64,000 nucleotides of DNA, taken from the NCBI GenBank assembly GCA_020025295.1, contig JAHHSJ010000005.1, forward strand, positions 5,538 to 69,537, in the 5' to 3' direction. The notes below the pieces were generated by a model. The model was given only the letters and a program-made list of their open reading frames with translations, was not told the origin of the DNA and searched no databases. Made by a program: the position numbers and the translations under genes. Below are positions 38,071 through 46,971 of the stretch, one piece after another. The DNA comes from Oscillospiraceae bacterium. GTDB lineage: Bacteria; Bacillota; Clostridia; Oscillospirales; Oscillospiraceae. The first letter of the stretch is position 1. Every line of letters starts with the position of its first letter.

Positions 38071-38223
38071 TTTGTTTTCTCGGGTGTGACAGCTGACTGC
38101 GGACGCCGCAGGCTTTTTCCTGTGGATTTGCTTGAAAAGTGCCGACAGTAAGGTGCTTCGGAGCGCAGAGATTTGTCGGTTCAGACTAAATGAGAGGAAA
38201 GGAAGAAAATACAGGAAAAACAC

Positions 38224-38252
38224 TTGCAATGCGACAGGAAAGAGACTATATT
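38224..38252 (+). promoter_or_regulatory. Sigma-70-type promoter of the lic-like operon (TTGCAA-17-TATATT)
   Basis: The hexamers are read from the sequence, about 40 nt upstream of the first ATG. Confidence 0.5.
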
Positions 38253-38289
38253 ATAGTCTGTGTTCACGATAAATGAAAAGGTGATGTAT

Positions 38290-40074
38290 ATGAACATTCA
38301 AGAAATGGATCTTGTGAAAATTCTGCTGCGGGAGCCCTATCAGAACCAGCGGGTGCTGGCAGAGCAGTCCGGCTACTCGCTGGGAGCGGTCAACCGCAGC
38401 ATTAAATCCCTGCAGGAGCAGGGGCTGATGGATGAAGAGAAAGCCCTGACGGCGAAGGCATATGAGCTGCTGAAGGAAAATGCCCCTCGGCGGGCAATCA
38501 TTCTGGCAGCCGGCTTTGGTATGCGAATGATTCCGATCAATGTGGAAACCCCAAAGGCATTGCTGCGTGTGAAGGGAGAAACCCTCATCGAGCGGCTGAT
38601 CTGCCAGCTGCATGAAGTGGGCATCCGGGAGATATATGTGGTTGTTGGTTTCATGAAGGAGAGTTTTGAATATCTGATTGACGAATACGATGTTAATCTG
38701 GTGGTCAATGCGGACTATGCCGAATCCAACAATCTGCTTTCCCTGAATCTGGTCCGGGACAAGCTGACCAATGCCTACATTCTGCCCTGTGATGTTTGGT
38801 GCCGCACCAACCCCTTCCAGACGCAGGAACTGTATTCTTGGTACATGGTTGAGGACATGGAGGATGAGCACAGCTCCGTCCGGGTCAACCGTAAGCAGGA
38901 ACTGGTTGTGACGGATCGACATCAGAAGGGCAATCAGATGGTGGGCATCAGCTACATCAACAAGGAGTATGCTCCGGTGCTGGCCAAGCGTCTGGAGGAA
39001 ATGAGCGAGGACCGCACTTGCAGTCAGAGCTTCTGGGAGGAGGCTCTGTATCGAAACGGCAAGATGACGGTTTGGGCCAAGGTAGCGGCAGCTCAGGATG
39101 TGGTGGAAATCAACACCTATGAACAGCTTCGTGAGTTTGACAGTGGTGCGGAACAGCTGAAGAATGAGGCAATTTCCACCATCGCCCATGCGCTCAATGT
39201 GGACAGCTCTGAAATTAAGAAAATTACAGTGCTGAAGAAAGGCATGACCAACCGATCCTTCCTGTTTTCCTGCAAGGGTCAGAAGTACATCATGCGTGTC
39301 CCCGGTGAGGGCACCGATCAGCTGATCGACCGTCGGCAGGAAGCTGCGGTCTATCAGGTCATTCGGGATAAAAAGCTCTGCGATGACATTGTGTATATCA
39401 ACCCGGACAATGGATTTAAAATCACCAAATATCTCCCCGATGTCCGGGTCTGTGACGCCTATCAGGAAGCAGATGTGGAAAAAACCATGGCTGTGCTGCG
39501 TGGATTCCATCAGCAGGGCATCGTGGTGGATCATGAGTTTGACCTGTGGGGAAAACTGGAGTTTTATGAAACGCTCTGGGAGGGTAAGCCCTCTGCCTAT
39601 CGGGACTATCTCAAGACCAAGGAGAATGTGTACTCTCTGCGCCCCTATGTTGAGGCTCATGTGGAGAAAAAGGTACTGACCCATATCGACGCTGTGCCGG
39701 ATAATTTCCTGTTCTATCAGAATGAACAGGGAGAGGAAGAAATCCGCCTGATCGACTGGGAGTACGCCGGTATGCAGGACCCTCATGTGGACATTGCCAT
39801 GTATGCCATCTATGCCCTTTATAACAAAGAGGAAGTCGATCATCTGATTGATGTCTACTTTGAGCATCATTGCACGATGGAAACCCGCATTAAGATCTAT
39901 TGCTATGTGGCAATCTGCGGACTGCTGTGGAGCAACTGGTGCGAATATAAGCGAGAGCTGGGCGTGGGCTTTGGCGAATACAGTCTCCGCCAGTACCGCT
40001 ATGCCAAGGAATTCTATCGCTATGCGACAGAGGGTATGAAACATTTGGGTTTGGAGGAAAGCCAGCATGAGTAA
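38290..40074 (+). CDS. Triple-domain protein: N-terminal winged-helix HTH + LicC-like nucleotidyltransferase + LicA-like choline/aminoalcohol kinase
   Basis: MNIQEMDLVKILLREPYQNQRVLAEQSGYSLGAVNRSIKSL is the HTH. AIILAAGFGMRMIPINVETPKALL is the G-x-G-x-R nucleotidyltransferase motif. The C-terminal HIDAVPDNFLF (Brenner motif) and LIDWEYAGMQDPHVDIA form the choline-kinase motif. The 657-aa antisense ORF (38251..40224) is rejected. Confidence 0.8.
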   Translation: MNIQEMDLVKILLREPYQNQRVLAEQSGYSLGAVNRSIKSLQEQGLMDEEKALTAKAYELLKENAPRRAIILAAGFGMRMIPINVETPKALLRVKGETLIERLICQLHEVGIREIYVVVGFMKESFEYLIDEYDVNLVVNADYAESNNLLSLNLVRDKLTNAYILPCDVWCRTNPFQTQELYSWYMVEDMEDEHSSVRVNRKQELVVTDRHQKGNQMVGISYINKEYAPVLAKRLEEMSEDRTCSQSFWEEALYRNGKMTVWAKVAAAQDVVEINTYEQLREFDSGAEQLKNEAISTIAHALNVDSSEIKKITVLKKGMTNRSFLFSCKGQKYIMRVPGEGTDQLIDRRQEAAVYQVIRDKKLCDDIVYINPDNGFKITKYLPDVRVCDAYQEADVEKTMAVLRGFHQQGIVVDHEFDLWGKLEFYETLWEGKPSAYRDYLKTKENVYSLRPYVEAHVEKKVLTHIDAVPDNFLFYQNEQGEEEIRLIDWEYAGMQDPHVDIAMYAIYALYNKEEVDHLIDVYFEHHCTMETRIKIYCYVAICGLLWSNWCEYKRELGVGFGEYSLRQYRYAKEFYRYATEGMKHLGLEESQHE

Positions 40075-40804
40075 GAGCAATCGGGTAGAACGAGCGATCA
40101 TTATGGCCGCCGGAAAGGGAAAGCGGATGCAGCCGGTGACTTTGACGACCCCCAAGCCTTTGGTCAAGGTGAATGGGGTTCGCATGATCGACACCGTGAT
40201 TGATGCACTCCATACCAACGGCATTCATGAAATTTACATTGTGGTTGGCTATCTGAAGGAGCAGTTCACTGTGCTGCAGGAGAAGTACACCGGCATTACG
40301 CTGATTGAAAATCCGTATTACGATACCTGCAATAATATTTCTTCGCTGTATGTGGCCAGAGATCACATTTGCAATACCATTATTCTGGACGGAGATCAGA
40401 TCATTTATCATCCGGAAATTCTGACTCCGGACTTCACTCGTTCCGGTTATAACTGCATTTGGACGGATGAGGAAACCGATGAATGGCTGCTGAATGTGGA
40501 AGATGACATTGTCACCGCCTGCAGCCGTACCGGCGGAGCCGGTGGCTGGCAGCTGTTCAGCGTGTCCAGATGGAATGAAGCGGACGGCAAAAAGCTCAAG
40601 CGCCATCTGGAACTGGAGTTTGATGAGAAGCAGAATCGTCAAATCTATTGGGATGATGTGGCACTCTTCTGCCATCCCGAGGAATACCAGTTGGGTGTGC
40701 GGCAAATGTATGCCGGCGATATTCTCGAAATTGACAATCTGGACGAGCTGATTGCATTGGACCCCAGCTATGCCCGGTTTGGCAGTAAGGAGGAAACAAA
40801 ATGA
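40067..40804 (+). CDS. Second LicC-like nucleotidyltransferase (CTP:phosphocholine cytidylyltransferase family)
   Basis: ERAIIMAAGKGKRMQPVTLTTPKPLVKV matches the family motif, and the length is 245 aa. It overlaps the upstream gene by 8 nt. Confidence 0.75.
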   Translation: MSKSNRVERAIIMAAGKGKRMQPVTLTTPKPLVKVNGVRMIDTVIDALHTNGIHEIYIVVGYLKEQFTVLQEKYTGITLIENPYYDTCNNISSLYVARDHICNTIILDGDQIIYHPEILTPDFTRSGYNCIWTDEETDEWLLNVEDDIVTACSRTGGAGGWQLFSVSRWNEADGKKLKRHLELEFDEKQNRQIYWDDVALFCHPEEYQLGVRQMYAGDILEIDNLDELIALDPSYARFGSKEETK

Positions 40805-42348
40805 AAGAAAAGAATAAAATGACTGCGGACACGGGAAAACGGGTGGATTGGCTCATCACGCTGCTGCCGCTGGCTATCATTGTTGCGCTTTGCGTGGTGT
40901 TTATGGCAGCTCCGGAGCAGTCCAATCTGGTTCTGAGCAAGATCCGCTTCTTTTTCGGTGATACCTTTGGCACCTACTATCTGGTGATTGGCCTCGGTAT
41001 CTTCCTGGTGTCCCTGTTCATTGCCTGCTCCAAGTACGGCAATATTGTTTTGGGCGCACCCGATGAGAAACCCAAGTATTCGTTCTTTGCATGGGGCTCC
41101 ATGATGTTCACCTGCGGTCTGGCGGCGGACATCCTGTTCTACTCGTTTTCTGAGTGGTTTATGTACGCCAATGACCCCCATATTGCAGAGCTGGGCTCGG
41201 TGCAGGATTGGGCAGGCGTGTTCCCTGTGTTCCATTGGAGCCTTGTGCCTTGGGGCTTTTATCTGGTTCTGGCGGCAGCCTTTGGCTTTATGCTCCATGT
41301 CAGACAGCGTGAGCGTCAGAAGTTCTCTGAGGCCTGCCGCCCGGTTCTGGGCAAGCACACCGATGGCTGGGCCGGCCGCATCATCGACCTGCTGGCTGTC
41401 TTTGCCCTGATTGCCGGTACGGCAACCACCTTCAGCGTGGCCACCCCCCTGATGACCATGATTATCAATTCTCTGTTCCATGTGGAATTGAACCGCACTG
41501 CGGTGACCATCATCATTCTGATTATTACCTGCGTCATCTACACTTACTCTCTGCTCCACGGCTTTAAGGGGATCAGCTGGCTGGCAAAGGTCTGCATTTA
41601 CCTGTTCTTTGGCCTTTTGGTGTATGTGCTGCTGTTCTGCGGACAGACCAGATACATTGTGGAGACCGGTTTCTCCTCCATCGGAAGAATGGTGCAGAAC
41701 TTCTTTGAGCTTGCCACCTATACCGATCCCGGCAGAACCAGCTTCTTCCCCCAGAACTGGACCATTTACTACTGGGCCTATTGGATGGTCTGGTGCGTGG
41801 CAGCTCCCTTCTTCATCGGCAGCATTTCCAGAGGCCGGACCATTCGTCAGACCATTCTAGGCGGCTATGTCTTTGGCGTTGGCTCTACGATTTCCAGTTT
41901 TGTCATTTTGGGCAACTACTCCATGGGCATGGAGATGTCCGGAGCCACCCACCTGCTGGAGCAGTTCCAGCAGACCGGTGACACCTATCAGCTGATTACC
42001 TCCATTATTGACACCATGCCGCTGGCACCGGTGGTTTTGGCGGTGGTTCTCATCACTATGATTGCCTTCTACGCCACCTCCTTTGATTCCATTGCACTGA
42101 CGGCATCCTGTTACAGCTACCATCGGCTGAAGTCGGATGAGCAGCCCAACAAGCTGATCCAGCTGATGTGGTGCATCCTTCTGATTTTGCTGCCCATTGC
42201 ACTGATCTTCGCAGACAGCTCCATGAGCAATTTGCAGTCGGTCAGTATTGTGGCCGCATTCCCCATCGGTGCGGTGATGGTGCTGATTGTCTGGAGTTTC
42301 CTGAGAGACGCGAAAAAGTATATGAAGGAGAGCGGCAAGGCCTCCTGA
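40801..42348 (+). CDS. BCCT-family (betaine/carnitine/choline) transporter
   Basis: The 515-aa 12-TM protein contains GNIVLGAPDEKPKYSFFAWGSMMFTCGLAADILFYS and WTIYYWAYWMVWCVAAPFFIGSISRGRTIRQ, the BCCT signature region. Confidence 0.85.
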   Translation: MKEKNKMTADTGKRVDWLITLLPLAIIVALCVVFMAAPEQSNLVLSKIRFFFGDTFGTYYLVIGLGIFLVSLFIACSKYGNIVLGAPDEKPKYSFFAWGSMMFTCGLAADILFYSFSEWFMYANDPHIAELGSVQDWAGVFPVFHWSLVPWGFYLVLAAAFGFMLHVRQRERQKFSEACRPVLGKHTDGWAGRIIDLLAVFALIAGTATTFSVATPLMTMIINSLFHVELNRTAVTIIILIITCVIYTYSLLHGFKGISWLAKVCIYLFFGLLVYVLLFCGQTRYIVETGFSSIGRMVQNFFELATYTDPGRTSFFPQNWTIYYWAYWMVWCVAAPFFIGSISRGRTIRQTILGGYVFGVGSTISSFVILGNYSMGMEMSGATHLLEQFQQTGDTYQLITSIIDTMPLAPVVLAVVLITMIAFYATSFDSIALTASCYSYHRLKSDEQPNKLIQLMWCILLILLPIALIFADSSMSNLQSVSIVAAFPIGAVMVLIVWSFLRDAKKYMKESGKAS

Positions 42349-42367
42349 TTTCTCTGTGGATAAACTG

Positions 42368-42406
42368 AACCCGGACCTCTGTTAATTCTGGCAGAGGTCC
42401 GGGTTT
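42368..42406 (+). terminator. Intrinsic terminator after the BCCT gene
   Basis: The hairpin AACCCGGACCTCTG...CAGAGGTCCGGGTT is followed by TT. Confidence 0.75.
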
Positions 42407-42424
42407 TCCATATGCGGAGCGAAC

Positions 42425-42460
42425 AAAACCCCCGGTTCTGTGTAAGAACCGGGGATTTTG
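42425..42460. terminator. Second hairpin with A/T tracts on both sides; serves as the terminator of the minus-strand ilvE operon
   Basis: The sequence is AAAACCCCCGGTTCT-gtgta-AGAACCGGGGATTTT. Confidence 0.75.
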
Positions 42461-42481
42461 TTGGAAGGAAGTGTTTGTGAA

Positions 42482-43570
42482 TCAGAAGCCAAGGGGATAA
42501 GTCCAGCCCATGGTGTCCTCCACCGTGCCGGTCTGCATACCATAGATATTGTCGTAGAGCTTTTGTGCGACCGGGCCAACCTTGCCGTCGGCCACCTGCA
42601 CATCCGTGCCCTTGACACAGAGCCAGCCAATGGGAGAAATCACAGCGGCGGTGCCGGAGGCGAAGATTTCCTTCAGAGAGCCGTCTTTGGTGGCAGCTAC
42701 CACCTCGTCGATGGACAGTTTGCGCTCGGAAACCTTGACGCCCCATTTCTTCAGCAGCTGAATGACGGAGTTTCGGGTGATGCCGGGGAGGATGGTGCCG
42801 CTGTCCAGAGGTGCGGTGATGACCTCATCACCGATCATGAAGAAGGCGTTGGAGGTGCCGATCTCTTCCACATACTTGTGTTCTTCGGCGTCCAGCCAAA
42901 GGACGTCCTTGCAGTTATACTTGATGGCGTCCTGAGAGGCACGCATACCGCCGCCGTAGTTGCCGCCCACCTTGGCATAGCCGGTGCCGCCCTTGGCAGC
43001 ACGGATGTATTTGTCCTGCACATAGATGCGGGTGGTGCTGAGTCCGCCGTCGTTGGCGGCATAGTAAGAGCCGGTGGGGCTGAGGATAATCATGAATTTG
43101 TAGTGCTTGGCGGGCAGTACGGAGAAGGAAACCTCGTCGCCGAAGAGGAAGGGGCGGATGTAAAGCGCCGTGCCGGGGGCGTGGGGAATCCAGTCCTTGT
43201 CGGCTTCAATGACCGCTTTCAGTCCGGCCAGAAACAGGTCGCCGGGAACCTCCGGCATACACATACGCTCACAGGTGTTCTTCATGCGGGCGATGTTCAT
43301 GTCCGGGCGGAACAGCTGCACGCTGCCGTCGGGACGGCGATAGGCTTTCATGCCCTCAAACATCATCTGAGCGTAGTGCAGCACAGCGGAGGCAGGCTCG
43401 ATGAGGAAGGGCGCATGAGGCACCACACGGGGCGAGTGCCAGCCCTGCCCCTCGTCATATTCCATGACGAACATATGGTCGGTGAAGTATTTGGCAAACC
43501 CCAGCTGAGATTCGTCGGCAGGACGGGGCTTGGGGTTGGTGGTTCTGGTTACCGGGATTTCGTAAGTCAT
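42482..43570 (-). CDS. ilvE: Branched-chain amino acid aminotransferase (fold type IV, ~362 aa form)
   Basis: I trimmed the start to MTYEIPVTRTTNPKPRP...FTDHMFVMEYDEGQGWH. The pattern is typical of IlvE/YbgE-type BCAT (GGTGYAKVGGNY...). It is the last gene of the operon. Confidence 0.85.
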   Translation of the reverse strand: MTYEIPVTRTTNPKPRPADESQLGFAKYFTDHMFVMEYDEGQGWHSPRVVPHAPFLIEPASAVLHYAQMMFEGMKAYRRPDGSVQLFRPDMNIARMKNTCERMCMPEVPGDLFLAGLKAVIEADKDWIPHAPGTALYIRPFLFGDEVSFSVLPAKHYKFMIILSPTGSYYAANDGGLSTTRIYVQDKYIRAAKGGTGYAKVGGNYGGGMRASQDAIKYNCKDVLWLDAEEHKYVEEIGTSNAFFMIGDEVITAPLDSGTILPGITRNSVIQLLKKWGVKVSERKLSIDEVVAATKDGSLKEIFASGTAAVISPIGWLCVKGTDVQVADGKVGPVAQKLYDNIYGMQTGTVEDTMGWTYPLGF

Positions 43571-43589
43571 AGGAGGTCCTTCTTTCTCG

Positions 43590-44375
43590 TTAAATATGGT
43601 ACAGTTCCGGTCGTCTGTCCCGGAACACAGGAATCGTGTTTCGTATTTTGTTGAGGGTGTCCATGCTGCATTCACCCATCAGGATTTCTTCCTGCGTTCC
43701 GGCGAGAGCGATGGTTTCGCCCCAAGGGTCAATCACGGCGGAGCTGCCGCCGTATACCGTATCTCCGGCGGTGCCGCAGGAGTTGCAGCAGACCACAAAC
43801 ATCTGGTTTTCAATGGCTCTGGCGGTGGTCAGCGTTCTCAGATGGGCCGTCCGCACGCCGGGCCACTGAGAAACCACAAAGAGCAGATCCAAACCCGGCA
43901 CCGTCAGGCTTCGGGTCAGCTCGGGAAAGCGGAGGTCGTAGCAGATGATCAGACCGCAGTCCACACCGTCCAGCTGGAATCGACACAGGTGATCGCCGGG
44001 GGTGTAGCTGAGGTGCTCACCCATAGGGGAGAAGAGGTGGGTTTTGTCATAGGAGGTAATGCAGACGCCGGTGCGGTCAAACACCATGGCGGTGTTGTAT
44101 ATGTTGTCGTTTCGCTGGTTGGATACGCTGCCGGCGACGATGTTCACGCCGTATTTGGCGGCAAGTCCTCCGATTTTCTCTTTTACCCGGGCTCCATCCT
44201 CGTCGCAGAGTGCGGCGAGGTTTTCTTTTGGGAAAAAGCCGGTGTTCCAAGTTTCCGGAAGCACCAGCACATCCGGCTGTGCTGCCATGGCCTGTTCGAT
44301 CAGCTCTGCCGCATGGGTGAAGTTTTCGTTGGGACAGCCCAGCTTCATATCCATTTGCAGACAGGCGATTTTCAT
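43590..44375 (-). CDS. Carbon-nitrogen hydrolase family protein (nitrilase superfamily, omega-amidase/Nit-like)
   Basis: MKIACLQMD...LVLPETWNTGF holds the catalytic Glu region, and ...GLIICYDLRFPEL holds the catalytic Cys. Its ATG overlaps the upstream stop (ATGA). Confidence 0.8.
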   Translation of the reverse strand: MKIACLQMDMKLGCPNENFTHAAELIEQAMAAQPDVLVLPETWNTGFFPKENLAALCDEDGARVKEKIGGLAAKYGVNIVAGSVSNQRNDNIYNTAMVFDRTGVCITSYDKTHLFSPMGEHLSYTPGDHLCRFQLDGVDCGLIICYDLRFPELTRSLTVPGLDLLFVVSQWPGVRTAHLRTLTTARAIENQMFVVCCNSCGTAGDTVYGGSSAVIDPWGETIALAGTQEEILMGECSMDTLNKIRNTIPVFRDRRPELYHI

Positions 44376-44911
44376 GGCTGATAGTCCTTTCCCAGCAGCA
44401 GAGCCTTCATATTCAGCTCCAGCAGAGCGGCCTTGGTGGGGGGGACCAGCTTTTGCACCACCGCTTCCGTGCCCTCAAAGGAAAGCTCCGGGTGGTTTTC
44501 CAGCACATGCCCCATGAGAATCATGTTTGCCAGTGTGGCAAGGCCGTGCTCCTTTGCCATCTGGGTGGCGGGGATGGAGAATACCTCCACATCCTTCCGA
44601 TTCACTGGTTCGGTTACCAGAGAGGAGTCCACATAGATTTGACCGCCGGGAGCAACCGTACTTCCGTACTTTTGCAGGGAAGGGAGGTTCATGGCAATCA
44701 GTACATCCGGAGTAGTGATGATGGGAGAGCCGATGGGCTGCTCGGAGAGGATGATATTGCAGTTTGCTGTGCCGCCTCGCATTTCCGGACCGTAGGAGGG
44801 GAGCCAAGATACCTGCAAGTCGTCCATCAACCCCTTGTTAGCCAGAAACTTGCCGGAAAACAGAACGCCCTGTCCGCCAAAGCCTGCAATGAGGATTTGT
44901 GTGGTTTTCAT
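44372..44911 (-). CDS. 2-oxoacid:ferredoxin oxidoreductase subunit gamma
   Basis: [24 protein letters not shown] is typical of the POR/KOR/VOR gamma subunit. It forms an ATGA overlap with the beta-subunit stop. Confidence 0.85.
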   Translation of the reverse strand: MKTTQILIAGFGGQGVLFSGKFLANKGLMDDLQVSWLPSYGPEMRGGTANCNIILSEQPIGSPIITTPDVLIAMNLPSLQKYGSTVAPGGQIYVDSSLVTEPVNRKDVEVFSIPATQMAKEHGLATLANMILMGHVLENHPELSFEGTEAVVQKLVPPTKAALLELNMKALLLGKDYQP

Positions 44912-45669
44912 TTGCACGCCACCTCCTGTTCTGCGGAACGATCCTTGTAAACACCAAGGGGATAGTAGGGGAGCATATCACTTTCCACCCATTCCAGTGC
45001 CTGCTGGGGAGACATACCCCAGTTGGTGGGACAGGCGGAAACCACCTCGACCAGAGAGAAGCCCTTGCCGTCGATCTGGTTCAGGAAGGCCTTCTGAATG
45101 ACCTGCTTGGCGTGTTTTACATTCTTTACATTGTTCACAGCCACCCGGGCGACAAACTCCGGGCCTTCCAGAGTGGACAGCATCTCGCAGACCTTGATGG
45201 GCCAGCCGCAGTGGTTCACATCACGGCCGTAGGGGCTGGTCTGGGTCACCTGACCGGGCAGAGAGGTGGGAGCCATCTGACCGCCGGTCATGCCGTAAAT
45301 GGCGTTGTTGACGAAGATGACGGTGATATTTTCGTTGCGAGCGGCGCTGTGGACGGTTTCCGCCATGCCGATGGAGGCTAAATCGCCGTCGCCCTGATAG
45401 GTAAACACCACATTTTCCGGACGGCAGCGCTTGATGCCGGTGGCGACCGCCGGAGCACGGCCGTGGGGAGTTTCAATCATGTCACAGGCGAAGTAATCGT
45501 AAGCCATAACCGCACAGCCGACCGGAGCCACACCGATGGTCTTGCCCTCAATGCCCAAGGTGTCCATGGCCTCGGCAACCAGACGGTGGATGATGCCGTG
45601 GGGACAGCCTGGGCAGTAGTGCAGCGGCACATCCAAGAGGGCGTGGGGTCGATCAAATACAACGGCCAT
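44908..45669 (-). CDS. 2-oxoacid:ferredoxin oxidoreductase subunit beta (TPP-binding)
   Basis: I trimmed the start to [25 protein letters not shown]. The GDGD...NN TPP motif ([14 protein letters not shown]...[15 protein letters not shown]) is present. Confidence 0.85.
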   Translation of the reverse strand: MAVVFDRPHALLDVPLHYCPGCPHGIIHRLVAEAMDTLGIEGKTIGVAPVGCAVMAYDYFACDMIETPHGRAPAVATGIKRCRPENVVFTYQGDGDLASIGMAETVHSAARNENITVIFVNNAIYGMTGGQMAPTSLPGQVTQTSPYGRDVNHCGWPIKVCEMLSTLEGPEFVARVAVNNVKNVKHAKQVIQKAFLNQIDGKGFSLVEVVSACPTNWGMSPQQALEWVESDMLPYYPLGVYKDRSAEQEVACK

Positions 45670-45671
45670 AA

Positions 45672-46742
45672 TCAGAATTCTCCTTTCTGGGCACGGCGGA
45701 TGGATTCCAGCACCTGATCCGGGCTGGGGATCATGCCGCCGCATCGGTTGCAGAGGGCAACCGGCTTTTTGCACTGGGTGGCAAGGCGGATGTCCTCGAT
45801 CATCTGCCCCATGCTGAGTTCCACGGAGAGGAACCCCTTCACCTTGTCTGCCGCAGCCAGCAGGGGTTTGGTGGGGAAGGGCCACAGGGTGATGGGTCGG
45901 ATCAATCCCACCTTAATGCCTTCTTCCCGGGCGGCGACGATGGCGTTCTTTGCCACACGGGCGGCGATGCCGAAGGCTACTACGCAGAGCTCTGCGTCCT
46001 CCATCTGGTATTCCTCCCACATGGTTTCGTTTTCCTCAACCTGCTTGTAGCGCTCATAACGCTGGAAGTTCTTCTGTTCCAGCTCTGCGGGGCTGAGGTA
46101 CAGGGAGTTGACCACATGGTGTTCCCGTTTGCCTTCGGTGCCGGTGAGTTCCCAAGGTTTATCATAGGTTTCGATTTCCACATCTTCAAAGGAGATAGGC
46201 TCCATCATCTGACCAATGGTGCCGTCGGCCAGAATCATGGCGGTCATGCGGTATTTGTCCGCCAGATTGAACCCCTTGACCGTCAGGCTTGCCATCTCCT
46301 GCACCGAGGCCGGCGCCAGCACGATCATCCGGTAGTCGCCGTGACCGCCGCCCTTGGTGGCTTGAAAGTAATCGGACTGGGAGGGCTGGATGCCGCCCAG
46401 ACCGGGACCGCCTCGCTGGACATTGACCACAAAGGCAGGAACATCGGAACCGGCGATGTAGCTCAGTCCCTCGGTTTTCAGGGAGATGCCGGGGCTGGAA
46501 GAGGAGGTCATCGCCCGCATGCCGGCGGAAGATGCGCCGTAGACCATGTTGATGGATGCGATCTCACTCTCTGCCTGTAAAAAGACGCCGCCGATCTTGG
46601 GCATTTTCTTTGCCATGTAGGCGGCAATTTCTGTCTGGGGGGTGATGGGATAGCCGAAGTAGTGGCGGCAGCCGGCCCGGATGGCGGCTTCTGCAATGGC
46701 TTCGTTGCCCTTCATCAATACTCGTTCTGCCATGGGAGCCAC
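45672..46742 (-). CDS. 2-oxoacid:ferredoxin oxidoreductase subunit alpha
   Basis: [33 protein letters not shown] is typical of the alpha subunit. The start is either GTG at 46742 or ATG at 46733. Confidence 0.85.
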   Translation of the reverse strand: MAPMAERVLMKGNEAIAEAAIRAGCRHYFGYPITPQTEIAAYMAKKMPKIGGVFLQAESEIASINMVYGASSAGMRAMTSSSSPGISLKTEGLSYIAGSDVPAFVVNVQRGGPGLGGIQPSQSDYFQATKGGGHGDYRMIVLAPASVQEMASLTVKGFNLADKYRMTAMILADGTIGQMMEPISFEDVEIETYDKPWELTGTEGKREHHVVNSLYLSPAELEQKNFQRYERYKQVEENETMWEEYQMEDAELCVVAFGIAARVAKNAIVAAREEGIKVGLIRPITLWPFPTKPLLAAADKVKGFLSVELSMGQMIEDIRLATQCKKPVALCNRCGGMIPSPDQVLESIRRAQKGEF

Positions 46743-46743
46743 C

Positions 46744-46950
46744 TTACCTTTCTACCTTGATGATACAGTCGGGACACATGGTTGCGCAGAAGGCGCAGCC
46801 GATGCACTGTTCCGGAGCGGTCATCACCGCCGGGGAATAGCCTTTGGCGTTGATTTTGCCGTTGGCAATCGCAAGAATGCCCTTGGGGCAGGCGTTGACG
46901 CACAGCCCGCAGCCCTTACATTGATCTTCTCGAAATGTTACTTTAGCCAT
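46744..46950 (-). CDS. 2-oxoacid:ferredoxin oxidoreductase subunit delta (2x[4Fe-4S] ferredoxin)
   Basis: The 68-aa ORF has two CxxCxxCxxxCP motifs (CKGCGLCVNACP and CIGCAFCATMCP). Confidence 0.85.
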   Translation of the reverse strand: MAKVTFREDQCKGCGLCVNACPKGILAIANGKINAKGYSPAVMTAPEQCIGCAFCATMCPDCIIKVER

Positions 46951-46971
46951 TTGAGTTCCTCCTTCGGCTGG

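Noticed and set aside
38251-40224. A 657-aa minus-strand ORF, the longest ORF in this region.
   Set aside because: It lies antisense to the HTH-LicC-LicA gene, whose translation carries several family motifs. The antisense product has none, no RBS, and a His/Leu/Ile-rich composition typical of shadow frames.
42482-43675. N-terminal extensions of several track ORFs, including ilvE 397 aa, kor-beta 325 aa (44908..45885), the ADH, the MFS transporter, rpsF, rpsR, the response regulator, nptA, the 2Fe-2S protein and the SipA-like gene.
   Set aside because: The extensions begin at upstream in-frame Met or alternative start codons that have no RBS, and they overlap upstream genes or terminators. 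In each case an internal ATG with a GGAGG-type RBS reproduces the canonical family N-terminus, so I trimmed the starts.
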